From positions 832,001-896,000 of the forward strand of contig CAVWHX010000004.1 in assembly GCA_963754925.1 (NCBI GenBank): a stretch of DNA of 64,000 nt. The letters are read 5' to 3'. The notes beneath the pieces are model-generated. The model searched no databases. It saw only the letters and a list, made by a program, of their open reading frames with translations, and was not told the DNA's origin. Below, in pieces: positions 50,975-61,463 of this stretch. A program made the position numbers and the translations under genes. Source of the DNA: an uncultured delta proteobacterium (GTDB taxonomy: Bacteria > Myxococcota > B64-G9). How positions within the stretch are numbered: position 1 is the first letter of the stretch; every line of letters starts with the position of its first letter.

Positions 50975-52429
50975 TTACTGCGTATCCTTAAGTTCGTTGA
51001 TGTTTTCTATAGCCAACGCGGCATCAGGCCCATCGGGCATGAGATCAAGATATTTCTGGTAGTAGTTAACCGCTTCACTATTATTTCCTTGACGTTTATG
51101 AGCTTCGGCTAATCCGATCAAGGCATCGCCGTACCGAGGGTGTGACCTCAGCGCTCGTTGAAACAGGGCCATGGCGGCTGGATAAGCGCCTATGTCCATG
51201 AGGCACTGGCCCTTGCCGGTGAGAGCCTCGACGTCCTCGGCTTTAAGAGCCAACGCGGCATCGTAGGCCGCGAGGGCCTCTTTGATTCGTTTGGACCGCT
51301 GGAGGCGATCAGCTAGACCCATCCAACCATCGTAGGTCGTCGGTTTGGCTGGCGCAATAGGTTTGACGGGCACACCGGGTTTTATTGGTCCGACCTGTTT
51401 AACCGACTCAATCGATTCGGCCGGCCGAGCAGTTGTTGCCGGCTCAATCGGTTTGGCGCTTTCTTCGGTCTTCTCGCCAATCGACGGCTCTGTGGCGGCG
51501 TCATTTTCAACGTCATTTTTCTTTTCATCAACAACTATCTCTTTTTGAGCTTGTGTCGCTGGGGAGGCTTCCTCCATTTCTATGCCGGCTGCACTACGTG
51601 CCAATTTTTGAAACTCAACCGGTGCCACTACATACGCGACCCCGATGCCTATCACTATCAGTGCCAACGGGACGATAAAAAACCATTTTCTCCGGCCGCG
51701 CCGCTTCCACTTCTCAACCACGTCTTCCTCAATCTCGGCAGCCTCGAGATCACCCCAACTGTCGGGTTCGCCACGATCGTTCTGGATGGTGGATAGTTTC
51801 GGCACTGGCGCCAGAGGCTGCACCAGCGGGTGCGAGATCGCCGCCGGGCCGGCTGGCACCACGAGCGGCGTCGATGGCGTTGCCGCAACCGGCGGCGGCG
51901 TGGACGCTCGGCCGCCCCCCACCGCCAAAAGCGGGTTGGACGGAAAGGAACGTGCGAAGATGGGAGCTCCCTGTGGGTGAGCGAGTATCGGCTGCGATGA
52001 CGATGGTGCCCCGGGCGGCGACGACGGCTGCGAGTAATACGTTGGTTGAAACTTCGTTTGATCAAACAGTTGGAAGAACGATGCCAGTTCGGCTATGTCA
52101 CCCAGTCGCTTCCAATTTTCACCGGTGCGCGAAATCTCGTCATCACGAAGAATGTTATTTTCGCTAATCCATTTCTGAAGAACGGCAAGGTCCTTGAAAA
52201 CCAGGATGGTTCCGTCGGGCTTGCGCACCATCCACAGACGGTCTCTGCCGGCAACATCAGTCCTTAACCTCGTGTCCTGTGGTGCCGGCGGTTGAACAAC
52301 ACCTGCTGACTTCTTGCGGATGCGAAACAAGTACCCACAAGAATTACACTTGACGCTGACGCCATCCTCGGTGACCCGGCTATCGTCGATTTCGTACTCG
52401 GTGCCGCACCGATCACATTTGACATCCAT
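50975..52429 (-). CDS. Zinc-ribbon + GYF-like + TM + TPR protein
   Basis: CDRC/CNSC finger, LQKWI..DDEISRTGENWKRLGDIAEL, Pro-rich linker, TM, C-terminal TPRs. Confidence 0.82.
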   Translation of the reverse strand: MDVKCDRCGTEYEIDDSRVTEDGVSVKCNSCGYLFRIRKKSAGVVQPPAPQDTRLRTDVAGRDRLWMVRKPDGTILVFKDLAVLQKWISENNILRDDEISRTGENWKRLGDIAELASFFQLFDQTKFQPTYYSQPSSPPGAPSSSQPILAHPQGAPIFARSFPSNPLLAVGGGRASTPPPVAATPSTPLVVPAGPAAISHPLVQPLAPVPKLSTIQNDRGEPDSWGDLEAAEIEEDVVEKWKRRGRRKWFFIVPLALIVIGIGVAYVVAPVEFQKLARSAAGIEMEEASPATQAQKEIVVDEKKNDVENDAATEPSIGEKTEESAKPIEPATTARPAESIESVKQVGPIKPGVPVKPIAPAKPTTYDGWMGLADRLQRSKRIKEALAAYDAALALKAEDVEALTGKGQCLMDIGAYPAAMALFQRALRSHPRYGDALIGLAEAHKRQGNNSEAVNYYQKYLDLMPDGPDAALAIENINELKDTQ

Positions 52430-52444
52430 CGGCCTACCTCTCGG

Positions 52445-53282
52445 CTAATTCGACTTGGCCATGTTCAGGGTGTTACGCGCGCGCTCCCAATCACCAAGCC
52501 CCTCGAATGCCTTGGCTAACCCCTCAAGGGCCTCACGTGAATCCGAGTGAACCGACAAAGCCCGATTATATTCAAGCACCGCCTTGGAAAAGTTTTTCGC
52601 CTCTAAGGCCTGAGCGCCTTCACTAATTGCCTTGCTATAAACCATCTCGGGATCCGGTTTCTCAAGTTCGAGCCCACCCCCGGGCTCCATTTCCGCTGCT
52701 CGCTGAGGCGGTTCTATCCCAATCTCCTTGAGCGGCAAATACGGAGTCAGATCCCAAATTCCATAGCGAGTCAAGGTGATCACCACCAAAACCACCAACA
52801 ACAGATAGGTCGCCACCAGTGCGCCCAACATTAAAAACCTGCTCTTTAAGCCGTTTCGATGTTTGATCGGCAGGATGGTCCAACGGCTGAACGGATTCTG
52901 ATAAGGAAGCTTGGTCATTGTCGGCATGGAGGACGTTCGAGGCAGGACTAACGGGCGGTGGTGCAATGCCGCTTTGGGCTCTAATAGCGGATATCCCCCG
53001 CGCTCGACTGCCAACATGTTCACTATGGGTCGGGGGGGGCAGTACGGCTGGTGGAACGATTGCTTCGCGGTGGTGAGGAGCCACTTCCGGTGGCGACTGC
53101 AGTTGGCTTGCAGGGGTCTCTGCCGGCGCCGGAGGGGTTGGTTTCGGCGTTTCCTTGGCTGACAACCGCATAACCACAAAAAAGGTCCCACATTTGAGGC
53201 ACTTGATCTGCGCTCCACTCTTTGGAATCTTCTCATCCTCCACTCGGTAGGATGCACTACAATTAGGACAGGTCGTCTTCAT
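52445..53282 (-). CDS. Zinc-ribbon + TM + TPR protein; apparent +1 frameshift at ~52845
   Basis: MKTTCPNC..IKCLKC in 52662..53282; TM and TPR in the frame ending at 52445. Removing one A from CGG CTT AAA GAG gives RLKSRFLMLG. Confidence 0.78.
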
Positions 53283-53421
53283 GAACGTGGCTTTGAGAAT
53301 ACCTTTCTATACATACGCTTGTAAGAATATAACGCAAAAAGGTAGCATGTCCAAAGATGTGAATCAAGATGTGTACGACTCAATGAAAATACCTCAAAAC
53401 TAATAGAATAATCACCACTAG

Positions 53422-55618
53422 TTATGTTAGCTTGACATAGCTGGCTAAAACAGTCTTTGTGCCTTCCGAGTTGAAGTCAACCACAAGCTTGAAATCATTT
53501 TCTTTATAACGCACTGCGTCACGAACTTTTCCCCTGCCAAAGGTGGCATGGACCACCTGTTGACCGATCCAACGGCGTTGGTCGTCCTTTCGGGTGTTTG
53601 GTGCCTGGTTGAATTCATCGCTGGAATCAAGATATCTCTCCGCTGGTTCAACCTGCCGCGGCCGAATGGTCTCTGTTCGCGTACTTACGCTCCGGTGGGC
53701 AAGAAGTTGGCTCGGTATATCATCGAGAAAACGCGAAGGCTGGTTATGTTCGCTGCGCCCAAAAATCATCCGGCTGCTCGCCAAAGAAAGATGTAACCGT
53801 TCACGGGCCCGGGTCATTCCTACGTAGCAGAGCCGACGTTCCTCTTCCAACCAATCAGGGTCAAGCTCGCCATTCTCTGAATATATCGATCGCCTGTGGG
53901 GCAGCAAACCGTCCTCGAGACCAACTATAAAGACCTCTTCAAACTCCAACCCCTTGGCCGAATGTAAGGTCATTAAGGTGATTGCTTCAGCTCCACTCTC
54001 GGCCGCATCGATGTCGGTAATCAGCGCAATGTGCTCGAGGAACCCCGACAAGGATGAATCCCCGCGGGTGCGGGCAAATTCTATGGCCGCCGAAGCCAGC
54101 TCGCGCAGGTTCTCGAGCCTACCCCCGGCTTCATCGGTACCTTCCCGCTCGAGAGCCGCGGCGTACCCGCTCTGCGTAATCACCATATCAATCGCCAAGA
54201 CAGCGCTCATGCTGCCTTCGAGCGCCTGAAAAGAAGCTCGCATTCCATCGAGCAGTTCCCTAAACTTAGAAAGTTTTTCGCGTTCAGGTTTACGTAGATC
54301 GCCTAATAGCGTTGGATCGATGGCATCATAGAGCGTGCATCCTTTCGCGGCTGCGCTTTCCTGCAAACGGCCACGGGTGGTGTCGCCGATTCCACGCGGC
54401 GGAACGTTGAGCACCCGCAGAAGATCAACATCGCTGTTTTTGTTTTGCAGCAGTCGCAGGTACGCTATCAAATCACGGATCTCCATACGATCGAAGAAGC
54501 GTACCCCGCCAACAACAACATACGGAATCCCATAGATCTGCAACGATTCCTCAATAGCGCGACTCTGTGCGTTAACTCTATAGAAAACAGCCAGTTGATT
54601 CATTCCTTGACCAGCTTTGGTTGAGGCAAGAATCTGTTTTGCCACCCAATCACCTTCCGCGCGCTCATCATCGAGCTCGGCGCAATCGATACGAGCGCCC
54701 CTTTCACGCTCGGTCCAGAGCCTTTTTTCGTGCCGATGCGGGTTGCGGGCGATGACGGCGTGAGCGGCTTCGAGGATGTTTGCGCTCGAGCGGTAATTGC
54801 GTTCGAGCTTGACCACGCTGGCCGTGGGAAAATCTCTCTCAAACCGGAGGATGTGGTTTACATCCGCTCCACGCCATTGATAAATGGACTGGTCGTCGTC
54901 CCCCACCACGCAGAGATTGGCGTCATCGGGGCACAGCAACCGTAGCAATTGGTATTGCACCGGGTCGGTGTCCTGGTACTCATCAACCAGCACCTGCTGA
55001 AAGCGCTCGCGGTATTGGTTCAACACCTCCGGGTTGGTGGACAACAGCCGCTGGGTCTGGAAGATAAGATCTGCAAAATCACAGGCGTCGGCCTGCTTGA
55101 GACGCTTTTGATAGAGCGCGTAAAAGGCCGCCGCCGGACCGGGATCAATTCCGCCCTCGCCTGGAGCCTTGAGCCTGCGCTTGGCCAGTTCAACCCGTGC
55201 GAGCATGCGCTCGACCGGAAAGAGCTCGGGATCGAGGCGCAGCTCCCGCAGGCACTCGCGGCCAAGACGCCGCGAATCGTTTTCGTCGTAGATCACAAAA
55301 TCGCGATCGTACCCAAGCAGCTCGGCGTGCCGACGCAGGAGTCGGGCGCCAAAGGCGTGAAACGTCAAGACCCACAGGCCGGCCGTGCCGCCGACGAGTC
55401 GATCAAGCCGGTCTCGCATTTCGCCGGCAGCTTTGTTGGTAAAAGTAACCGCTAAAATTTGTTGGGGGCGCAAACCGCGCGACTGGATCAGATGGGCGAT
55501 GCGGTAGGTAATCACCCGGGTCTTGCCACTGCCCGCGCCGGCCAAAATCAACAGTGGGCCATCGCCATGCACAACGGCGGCTCGTTGCTCGGGATTAAGG
55601 TTCTCCTTCGAGATCCAT
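53422..55618 (-). CDS. uvrD: UvrD/PcrA helicase; apparent +1 frameshift at ~55599
   Basis: AGAGSGKT, VDEYQD, GDDDQSIY, HSAKGLEF, EERRL. The Q-motif LNPEQ has no in-frame start; ATG 55618 gives MDLEGELNPEQRAAV if one C is removed from GAACCTTAAT. Confidence 0.95.
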
Positions 55619-55698
55619 GGGCGGCGACCCTATCTTACTACGTCGATAGAATCAACCCTCCTCGGAGACAAGGAATGCTCCCTGAGTTCGTCTTTTGA

Positions 55699-57888
55699 TT
55701 ACTTGCGCATCAGATATTGAACATACGCGGTAAGATCCGGCGTATCGCGGTCCGGGATAGCCGAGCTGTTTGCGCCGCACGCTGCTAAGTAGCAGAGGTT
55801 GGTATAATCGACCACCATGCGGTCGGCGTTGTACTTCCAGGCCAGGCTGACCAAGGCGTGCTTCATGCGAGCGATCCATTCGCGCGGCAATCCCATAGCG
55901 TCACGCTTGTAAAAGAGCGGGATCACCTGATCATCAAGCACCGCGCGGAGCTGGATCGCTTCGATCCGATCTTGTTCGTCGGTGTTTACATGGATGCGAC
56001 CGGAACCGATGGCGAAACCGTTCTGAGAGTTGTAGGCTTCTGCCCACCATCCATCCAGGGTCGAGCAGTTGAGACCACCGTTGAGCACCACCTTCTGACC
56101 GCTGGTGCCGCACGCCTCAAGCGGACGGCGCGGATTATTCAGCCACAGGTCAACGCCTTGCACCAAATGCCGCCCGACATTGATATCGTAGTCTTCGACC
56201 AACACGATATGGCCCTCGAAGCGGGGGTCGCGGCTGAGCCGGAATATACGCTGGATGAGCTCCTTGCCTTTTTCATCGCGCGGATGCGCCTTGCCGGCGA
56301 AGATTACCTGCACCGGGCCACCCTTATTGCACAAGAGCCGCTCAAGCCAGGTTTCATCCTGCAGCAGCAACCAGGCACGCTTGTACAGCGCAAAGCGCCG
56401 GGCAAATCCGATGGTCAGGGCATCGGGGTTGAGCATCGCAGAGTACTTTTCAATTTGCTTTGCAGACTCGCCACGCTGCTGGCCTTGAGTCACCAAACGT
56501 CGGCGGACGAATTCCACCAGACGATCCTTGAGGAAACGATGGATCTCCCACAGCTCCTCGTCGTTGCTGTGGAGAATCTCGTGCCACACCTCGCGGCGGC
56601 GGATCCGCTCGATCCAATTGCGCCCCAGATTTCGCTCGAACAGTCGCGCCATCTGCGGAGCCAGCCACGAACTTACGTGCACCCCATTGGTTATATGCCC
56701 GATCGGCACCTCGTGCTCTTTTCGTCCGGGCCAGAGATTCCTCCACATACGCCGAGTCACCCCGCCGTGGATCTGCGACACCCCATTGGCGCGTTGGGCG
56801 GTCTTGAGCGCTAATATCGTCATGCAAAAATGTTCGTGGTTATCCCCCGGCTGCATGCGACCAAGACCCAACAAGGTGGCGGCGCTGATCTTGAGTTCGT
56901 CCTGGAGGGGGCCAAGGTAGTCCTGGACGAGTTGGGGAGGAAAACGGTCATGACCGGCGTCAACCGGCGTGTGCGTCGTGAATACCGTTCGGGCAGAAAC
57001 CTCAGCCAGCGCTTCTTCAAAGCTGAATCCCTGCTCCTTCATGCTTTGGCGGGCGGCCTCGAGGGTGGCGAACGCGCAGTGGCCTTCATTCAAATGAAGC
57101 ACCCCCGGATCGATCTTGAGGGCATGCAGCGCCCGCATGCCGCCCACGCCCAGCAGCACCTCTTGTTGAATGCGTACGCGTTGATCGCCGCCGTAGAGCC
57201 GGTCCAGCTCTCCATAAAGTCGCGGATCGGGATTGGTAACGATGGGGTCTAACAGCACCAACAACGAACGACCGACTTGCAGGGTCAGAACATTGGCGGA
57301 AAGCTGACCGACCCGGGTGTCGATCCGAATGACGATCGCCTGGCCGTGTTCATCGTTGGCGACTTTAAGAGGTAGCTGCTCGGGATCGATGCGGCTATAC
57401 GTCTCCTGTTGCCAGCCGTTGCTATCAATGGTTTGGCGAAAGTAACCCTGATCATAAAATAATCCAACCCCCACCAACGGCACCCCGAGGTCGGAAGCGC
57501 TCTTGAGGTGATCGCCGGCCAACACACCCAAGCCACCGGAATAGATCGGGATGCTCTCGTGCAAACCGAACTCGGCTGAGAAATAACCCACCGGCCGACT
57601 CATCAGCGCGCCCGCGTGCGCAAACCCCCAGCCGCGCTCGGCCGACATGTATTCCTGCAATCGATGAACGGCGTAGATGACGCGTGCTTCGATCGCTAAC
57701 TGTTGGCCGCGCTCGTTCACGCGCGTACGGCCGAGCTTTTTGAGCAACGCCACCGCGCTATGATTGCACTCGCGCCACAGCTCAGCATCCAAGTCGCGAA
57801 AGATTTCAATGACCTCCGGCTGCCACGACCACCAGAGGTTGTAAGATAATTCTAGCAACTGATCATAGAGCTGTTCGGTATCGGTCAT
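55699..57888 (-). CDS. glgP: Alpha-glucan (glycogen) phosphorylase
   Basis: YSGGLGVLAGD, HLNEGH, FTTHT, ARRFALYKR, EACGTSGQK. Confidence 0.96.
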   Translation of the reverse strand: MTDTEQLYDQLLELSYNLWWSWQPEVIEIFRDLDAELWRECNHSAVALLKKLGRTRVNERGQQLAIEARVIYAVHRLQEYMSAERGWGFAHAGALMSRPVGYFSAEFGLHESIPIYSGGLGVLAGDHLKSASDLGVPLVGVGLFYDQGYFRQTIDSNGWQQETYSRIDPEQLPLKVANDEHGQAIVIRIDTRVGQLSANVLTLQVGRSLLVLLDPIVTNPDPRLYGELDRLYGGDQRVRIQQEVLLGVGGMRALHALKIDPGVLHLNEGHCAFATLEAARQSMKEQGFSFEEALAEVSARTVFTTHTPVDAGHDRFPPQLVQDYLGPLQDELKISAATLLGLGRMQPGDNHEHFCMTILALKTAQRANGVSQIHGGVTRRMWRNLWPGRKEHEVPIGHITNGVHVSSWLAPQMARLFERNLGRNWIERIRRREVWHEILHSNDEELWEIHRFLKDRLVEFVRRRLVTQGQQRGESAKQIEKYSAMLNPDALTIGFARRFALYKRAWLLLQDETWLERLLCNKGGPVQVIFAGKAHPRDEKGKELIQRIFRLSRDPRFEGHIVLVEDYDINVGRHLVQGVDLWLNNPRRPLEACGTSGQKVVLNGGLNCSTLDGWWAEAYNSQNGFAIGSGRIHVNTDEQDRIEAIQLRAVLDDQVIPLFYKRDAMGLPREWIARMKHALVSLAWKYNADRMVVDYTNLCYLAACGANSSAIPDRDTPDLTAYVQYLMRK

Positions 57889-58140
57889 GAACGTTTTCTC
57901 CCTGTAGCACATTCTCTATTGAGTTAACCAACCAGTCAAGCAACTGTGTGTCTTGACCTGTAATCCCCATGCACCAGCGCTGCGAGAAATCTAAGCTACT
58001 AGCGCACTCCGTTGCGGTATTATTAGTTGACAGGAGAACTCCCCGGCGGCATTGGTAGTGCAGATCATTTTTATTTTTTTACTGTCGAAGCCGCGTTATG
58101 GTACCCATGGAAACGTTGCACCAACCAAGCGAGGCTTTTC

Positions 58141-59289
58141 ATGGTTGCACCAGTTGACGAACAGGCCAGCGATGAGGAAGGTGCATTGTTTTCACAGGTG
58201 GCGGATCTGCTCCGCACGAATCGCACCAGTGCTCGCGCGGAGCTGCGCGAGCGACTCATACACGCGCGTTCCGATCTCGAACACTTTTTCGCCCAGCATC
58301 CCTACTCGGTAACGTGCCTGCGTCTGCTGGCCGAGTGCGCCCAACAACTTGACGATCTGCCCCAGGCCCAACAGTATATCGAGCGCGCCGAGTTGCTTGA
58401 CCCCTGGAATATCGAGATCCTGATCATTACCGAGTCGCTGCACGAGGCCGAGGCTGATACCCTCCGGCGCGCGAATCCACGCACGACTCCTCTCCTGGCA
58501 AAGATTTACAGCGGCGTCGCCAACGCCGACCAGTTGATCGAACTGGCGCTGGGTGCGTTCCAGCTGGGTCAATTGGAGCGGGCGTACTCGCTCGCCAAAC
58601 TGGCATATCTTATTAACCCGCAGAATTCGCACCACTTGCTCGATGTCTGGTCGGTAGGAGCAATCTTTGATCCGGCGCGCACCTACGCCGAGCTGCGTCT
58701 CCTCGATCGGCAAAGCGAACCGAATGCCTATCTGTTCCTGGTGCTCGGTTCGGTTTGCCATGTGCTCCGTCAGTATGACGAAGCGCTTGAGTGGATTGAA
58801 AAAGGCATGCTGCTGTCGCCAGACAACCCCTACGTAGCTGCCATGTTGAACAACGAAATGGCCTATGTCTTTGTCCGGAAGGGGCAGCATCTCGATCGGG
58901 CCATCAGTTTGGCGCGCACAGCGTTAGAACAATTTCCCGACGAAAAGGCCAATGGTTTTATCCGTGACACCCTCGGCGTGGCCTATCTCAAAAAAGGTCA
59001 ACTCGACAAAGCCCTACAAAACCTCCGCGAGGCTGTCAGGAAAGATCCCTGCGTGGTCCCTCGTTTTCACCTTACCGTTGCCCTCTTGGAGAGTCACGAT
59101 GCCGCAGCCGCGCTCCAGGAATTGAAAGTTCTCTTTGCCGCGCGTTCCTCGCTGGATACACCCCACGCAGAAGAATGCGCGATATTAGAACGCGTGCAGT
59201 CCAATGCAAATCAAATTGAAGCGCGCCTCACCTCAGGAGGAACAGAAAACATTCGGCCGGTTCTTCAATTGTTGCGAGAACTAGTATAG
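58141..59289 (+). CDS. TPR-repeat protein
   Basis: Helical repeats, e.g. RDTLGVAYLKKGQLDKALQNLREA. Confidence 0.78.
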   Translation: MVAPVDEQASDEEGALFSQVADLLRTNRTSARAELRERLIHARSDLEHFFAQHPYSVTCLRLLAECAQQLDDLPQAQQYIERAELLDPWNIEILIITESLHEAEADTLRRANPRTTPLLAKIYSGVANADQLIELALGAFQLGQLERAYSLAKLAYLINPQNSHHLLDVWSVGAIFDPARTYAELRLLDRQSEPNAYLFLVLGSVCHVLRQYDEALEWIEKGMLLSPDNPYVAAMLNNEMAYVFVRKGQHLDRAISLARTALEQFPDEKANGFIRDTLGVAYLKKGQLDKALQNLREAVRKDPCVVPRFHLTVALLESHDAAAALQELKVLFAARSSLDTPHAEECAILERVQSNANQIEARLTSGGTENIRPVLQLLRELV

Positions 59290-59323
59290 GTTTCTTACGG
59301 CGCAGGAATGAAAAGGAGACCCC

Positions 59324-59575
59324 ATGGCGAAAAAGATAACCAAACCGAAAAAAAAGGCCCGTGAGGATCCAAACGCTGCACCGACAACAACCAGCCAGCC
59401 AACGGTTCAACTGGCTACCCTGGATGAGATTGCAAAGAAGCTCAAGCTAACGGCCTTGCAGGTGCGCCAACTGGCTCAGAGTGGACATATCCCGGCGGTA
59501 AAGGTTGAGGGTGAGTGGCGCTTTAATGCGGATCTCGTACTCGAGGCCATTCACCGCCGGTCGCGCAGAATGTGA
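59324..59575 (+). CDS. Small excisionase-like HTH DNA-binding protein
   Basis: RBS AAGGAG; TLDEIAKKLKL..VRQLAQSGHIPAVKVEGEWRF. Confidence 0.82.
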   Translation: MAKKITKPKKKAREDPNAAPTTTSQPTVQLATLDEIAKKLKLTALQVRQLAQSGHIPAVKVEGEWRFNADLVLEAIHRRSRRM

Positions 59576-59708
59576 GCACGACCCCGTATGGCTTGAAGCC
59601 AGCGGCCCGTCTGGTTAGCAGTAAACGTTCAGGTGCAGGTTTGGGGATAGGTATGTGTCGCCCTCTCCCGAAGGAGGAGCGGGAAGGTTGGGTGAAGGTT
59701 GCTATGGA

Positions 59709-59939
59709 TCATCTGTTTCGGTAAACAATTCGACCGCGGTTCGAGCCGTACGGCGAGAACGCAACGCGCACCTTATCACCGAGAACTATGCGGATGTAGT
59801 GTTTACGCATCTTGCCACAGACATAGGCCAATACCGTACTGCCTCCTTTGCCTCCTTCGAGCTCCACACGATACATGCCGCCCGGCAGGACTTCCTTGAC
59901 GGTTCCTTCGACCTCGAATCCTTCGGTGTTCTCTTCCAT
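59709..59939 (-). CDS. infA: Translation initiation factor IF-1
   Basis: [43 protein letters not shown]. Confidence 0.95.
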   Translation of the reverse strand: MEENTEGFEVEGTVKEVLPGGMYRVELEGGKGGSTVLAYVCGKMRKHYIRIVLGDKVRVAFSPYGSNRGRIVYRNR

Positions 59940-60029
59940 GTTCCTCCGGCGCCACTAAAACAGTGTCCGTGGCCCCCAAACACGCGCCGGGAGCCATACT
60001 ACACAGAGATCCTTTGATGTCAAGCTTGT

Positions 60030-60220
60030 TAGAGGCTGTTAGCGAACGAAGTGAGCGTTACAGCCTCTTATCCCCGCAGGGGATTAGAGATCGTTAGCGA
60101 ACGAAGTGAGCGTTATTAGAGATTGTTACGAGCGAAGCGAGTTACAATCTCTTATCCTGTGGACAGCCTCTTATCCCCGCAGGGGATTAGAGACTCGGGC
60201 TCTTATCCCCAAAGGGGTTT
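60030..60220. repeat. Modular palindromic repeat, family B, locus 4 (nested/tandem cluster)
   Basis: Repeated GTTAGCGAACGAAGTGAGCGTTA and CTCTTATCCCCGCAGGGGATTAGAG modules. Confidence 0.88.
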
Positions 60221-60282
60221 GATGCGGAAATGCGTACAAGCTTGAACCTATCACGAGATCGCGCTATGTTAGTTTGGAGTTT

Positions 60283-61449
60283 ATGATTCGGTATCAGGAG
60301 ACTCAATCCGTGCGTCGATGGATAATCGGCTGTGTTTCCCTGTGCGTAGCATTCGGCGAGGGTTGTTGGAAAATGCCGCCGCCGGGACCAACCGACGACT
60401 TGCCACTTGCAGCTGCGTTGCTGATTGATTCAACGCGGGTGCCCGACCCTCAGAGCGTCGATTCCTCCGACAAACGTCTGCATGAGCTTGACCTCAGTCA
60501 GATCCTGATTTCGTACCAGGGAAGCGACAACCCACACCGATGGCCATGGACTCGCGCGCAGGCCCGCGTCCGGGCCGAGGCGCTGACGAGGATTGCTCGC
60601 GCCAAAGGCATGGACTTTGCCATGCTGGCCAAGACGTATTCAGACGATTCTGGATCGCGCGATCAGGGCGGCGAGTTGGCGGTGTTTATACGGGGCGAGC
60701 TCCATCCCGATGTGGAGCGCGCGGGCTTTGCGCTGGGGCTTGGCCAAATCTCGGACCCCGTCGAAACAAACAGAGGATTTCATATCCTGCTGCGCCACGC
60801 AGCAACCCAGGCCCAAGCGTTTGACTTGTTGATCTCTTACGACGGCGCCCAATATTCCAGTCCGCGCCAGAATCGCACCCGAGAGGGCGCAAAGAAACTC
60901 GCCCAGGAGATTCTCGGCAGACTCGAGGCGGGAGCGAATTTCGTTCACGAGTGCCTCCGCTATGCGGACTATCCCGATGATGGTCGTGCCGGGCTCAAAC
61001 CGATTTTTAGGAAGGGCACCCAAAATCCACAGTTCGAACGCCACGTCTGGGAGCTGCCGCTTAACGGCGTTTCAACTATCATTGAGACGCCAACGGGATT
61101 CCATATCATCAAGCGCTTCCCGGTTGAGCGCATCCAGGTTCGCCAAATCGCCATCCTCTTTCAAAACAATACGTCTGACCAACTGCACACAGCGCATAGC
61201 CGCGAGCAGGCCGCTGACGTTATTCGGGAGCTCTACAAAAAAGCTATGGCGCCAAACGCCGACTTCGCAGCGATCGCGGCCGAGTATTCGGAATTGGCAG
61301 AGAAGTCTCACGGTGGATTGCTCGAACCGGCTGGACGCGGCCAACATGATCCGGCATTCGATGACGTGGCTTTCAACCTCGCCGTTGGGGAGATATCCAG
61401 GCCGGTGGAGATTGGAAGCACCTTCTCAATAATAAAGCGAATACACTAG
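60283..61449 (+). CDS. Parvulin-type peptidyl-prolyl isomerase with three domains, probable lipoprotein
   Basis: Three FxxLAxxYS..GG.L..F.L..G.IS.PVET..GFHI units; signal ending GEGC. Confidence 0.88.
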   Translation: MIRYQETQSVRRWIIGCVSLCVAFGEGCWKMPPPGPTDDLPLAAALLIDSTRVPDPQSVDSSDKRLHELDLSQILISYQGSDNPHRWPWTRAQARVRAEALTRIARAKGMDFAMLAKTYSDDSGSRDQGGELAVFIRGELHPDVERAGFALGLGQISDPVETNRGFHILLRHAATQAQAFDLLISYDGAQYSSPRQNRTREGAKKLAQEILGRLEAGANFVHECLRYADYPDDGRAGLKPIFRKGTQNPQFERHVWELPLNGVSTIIETPTGFHIIKRFPVERIQVRQIAILFQNNTSDQLHTAHSREQAADVIRELYKKAMAPNADFAAIAAEYSELAEKSHGGLLEPAGRGQHDPAFDDVAFNLAVGEISRPVEIGSTFSIIKRIH

Positions 61450-61463
61450 CCGAGGTAACCAGC

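Noticed and set aside
53032..53039. C8 run (sense strand) as the frameshift site of the 52445-53282 gene
   Set aside because: The zinc-finger frame still reads as a plausible Pro/Ser-rich linker well past this run; the switch is better placed at the TTAA near 52846, although the run cannot be fully excluded.
5995..55600. Programmed +1 frameshifting at TAA stops (prfB- or Euplotes-like) as the explanation for the split genes
   Set aside because: Four sites have an in-frame TAA at the junction, but the grpE and 52846 sites do not, the preceding codons differ (GCT, TTT, TCT, CCT), and many genes here end normally in TAA. A DNA-level or read-level cause fits better.
59324..59575. Prophage or integrative element suggested by the excisionase-like HTH gene
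   Set aside because: No integrase, att-like repeats, tRNA or phage genes nearby; the flanks are housekeeping genes.
60030..60220. CRISPR array
   Set aside because: The repeats are palindromic modules with irregular, non-unique spacing, similar units are dispersed across the window, and there are no cas genes.
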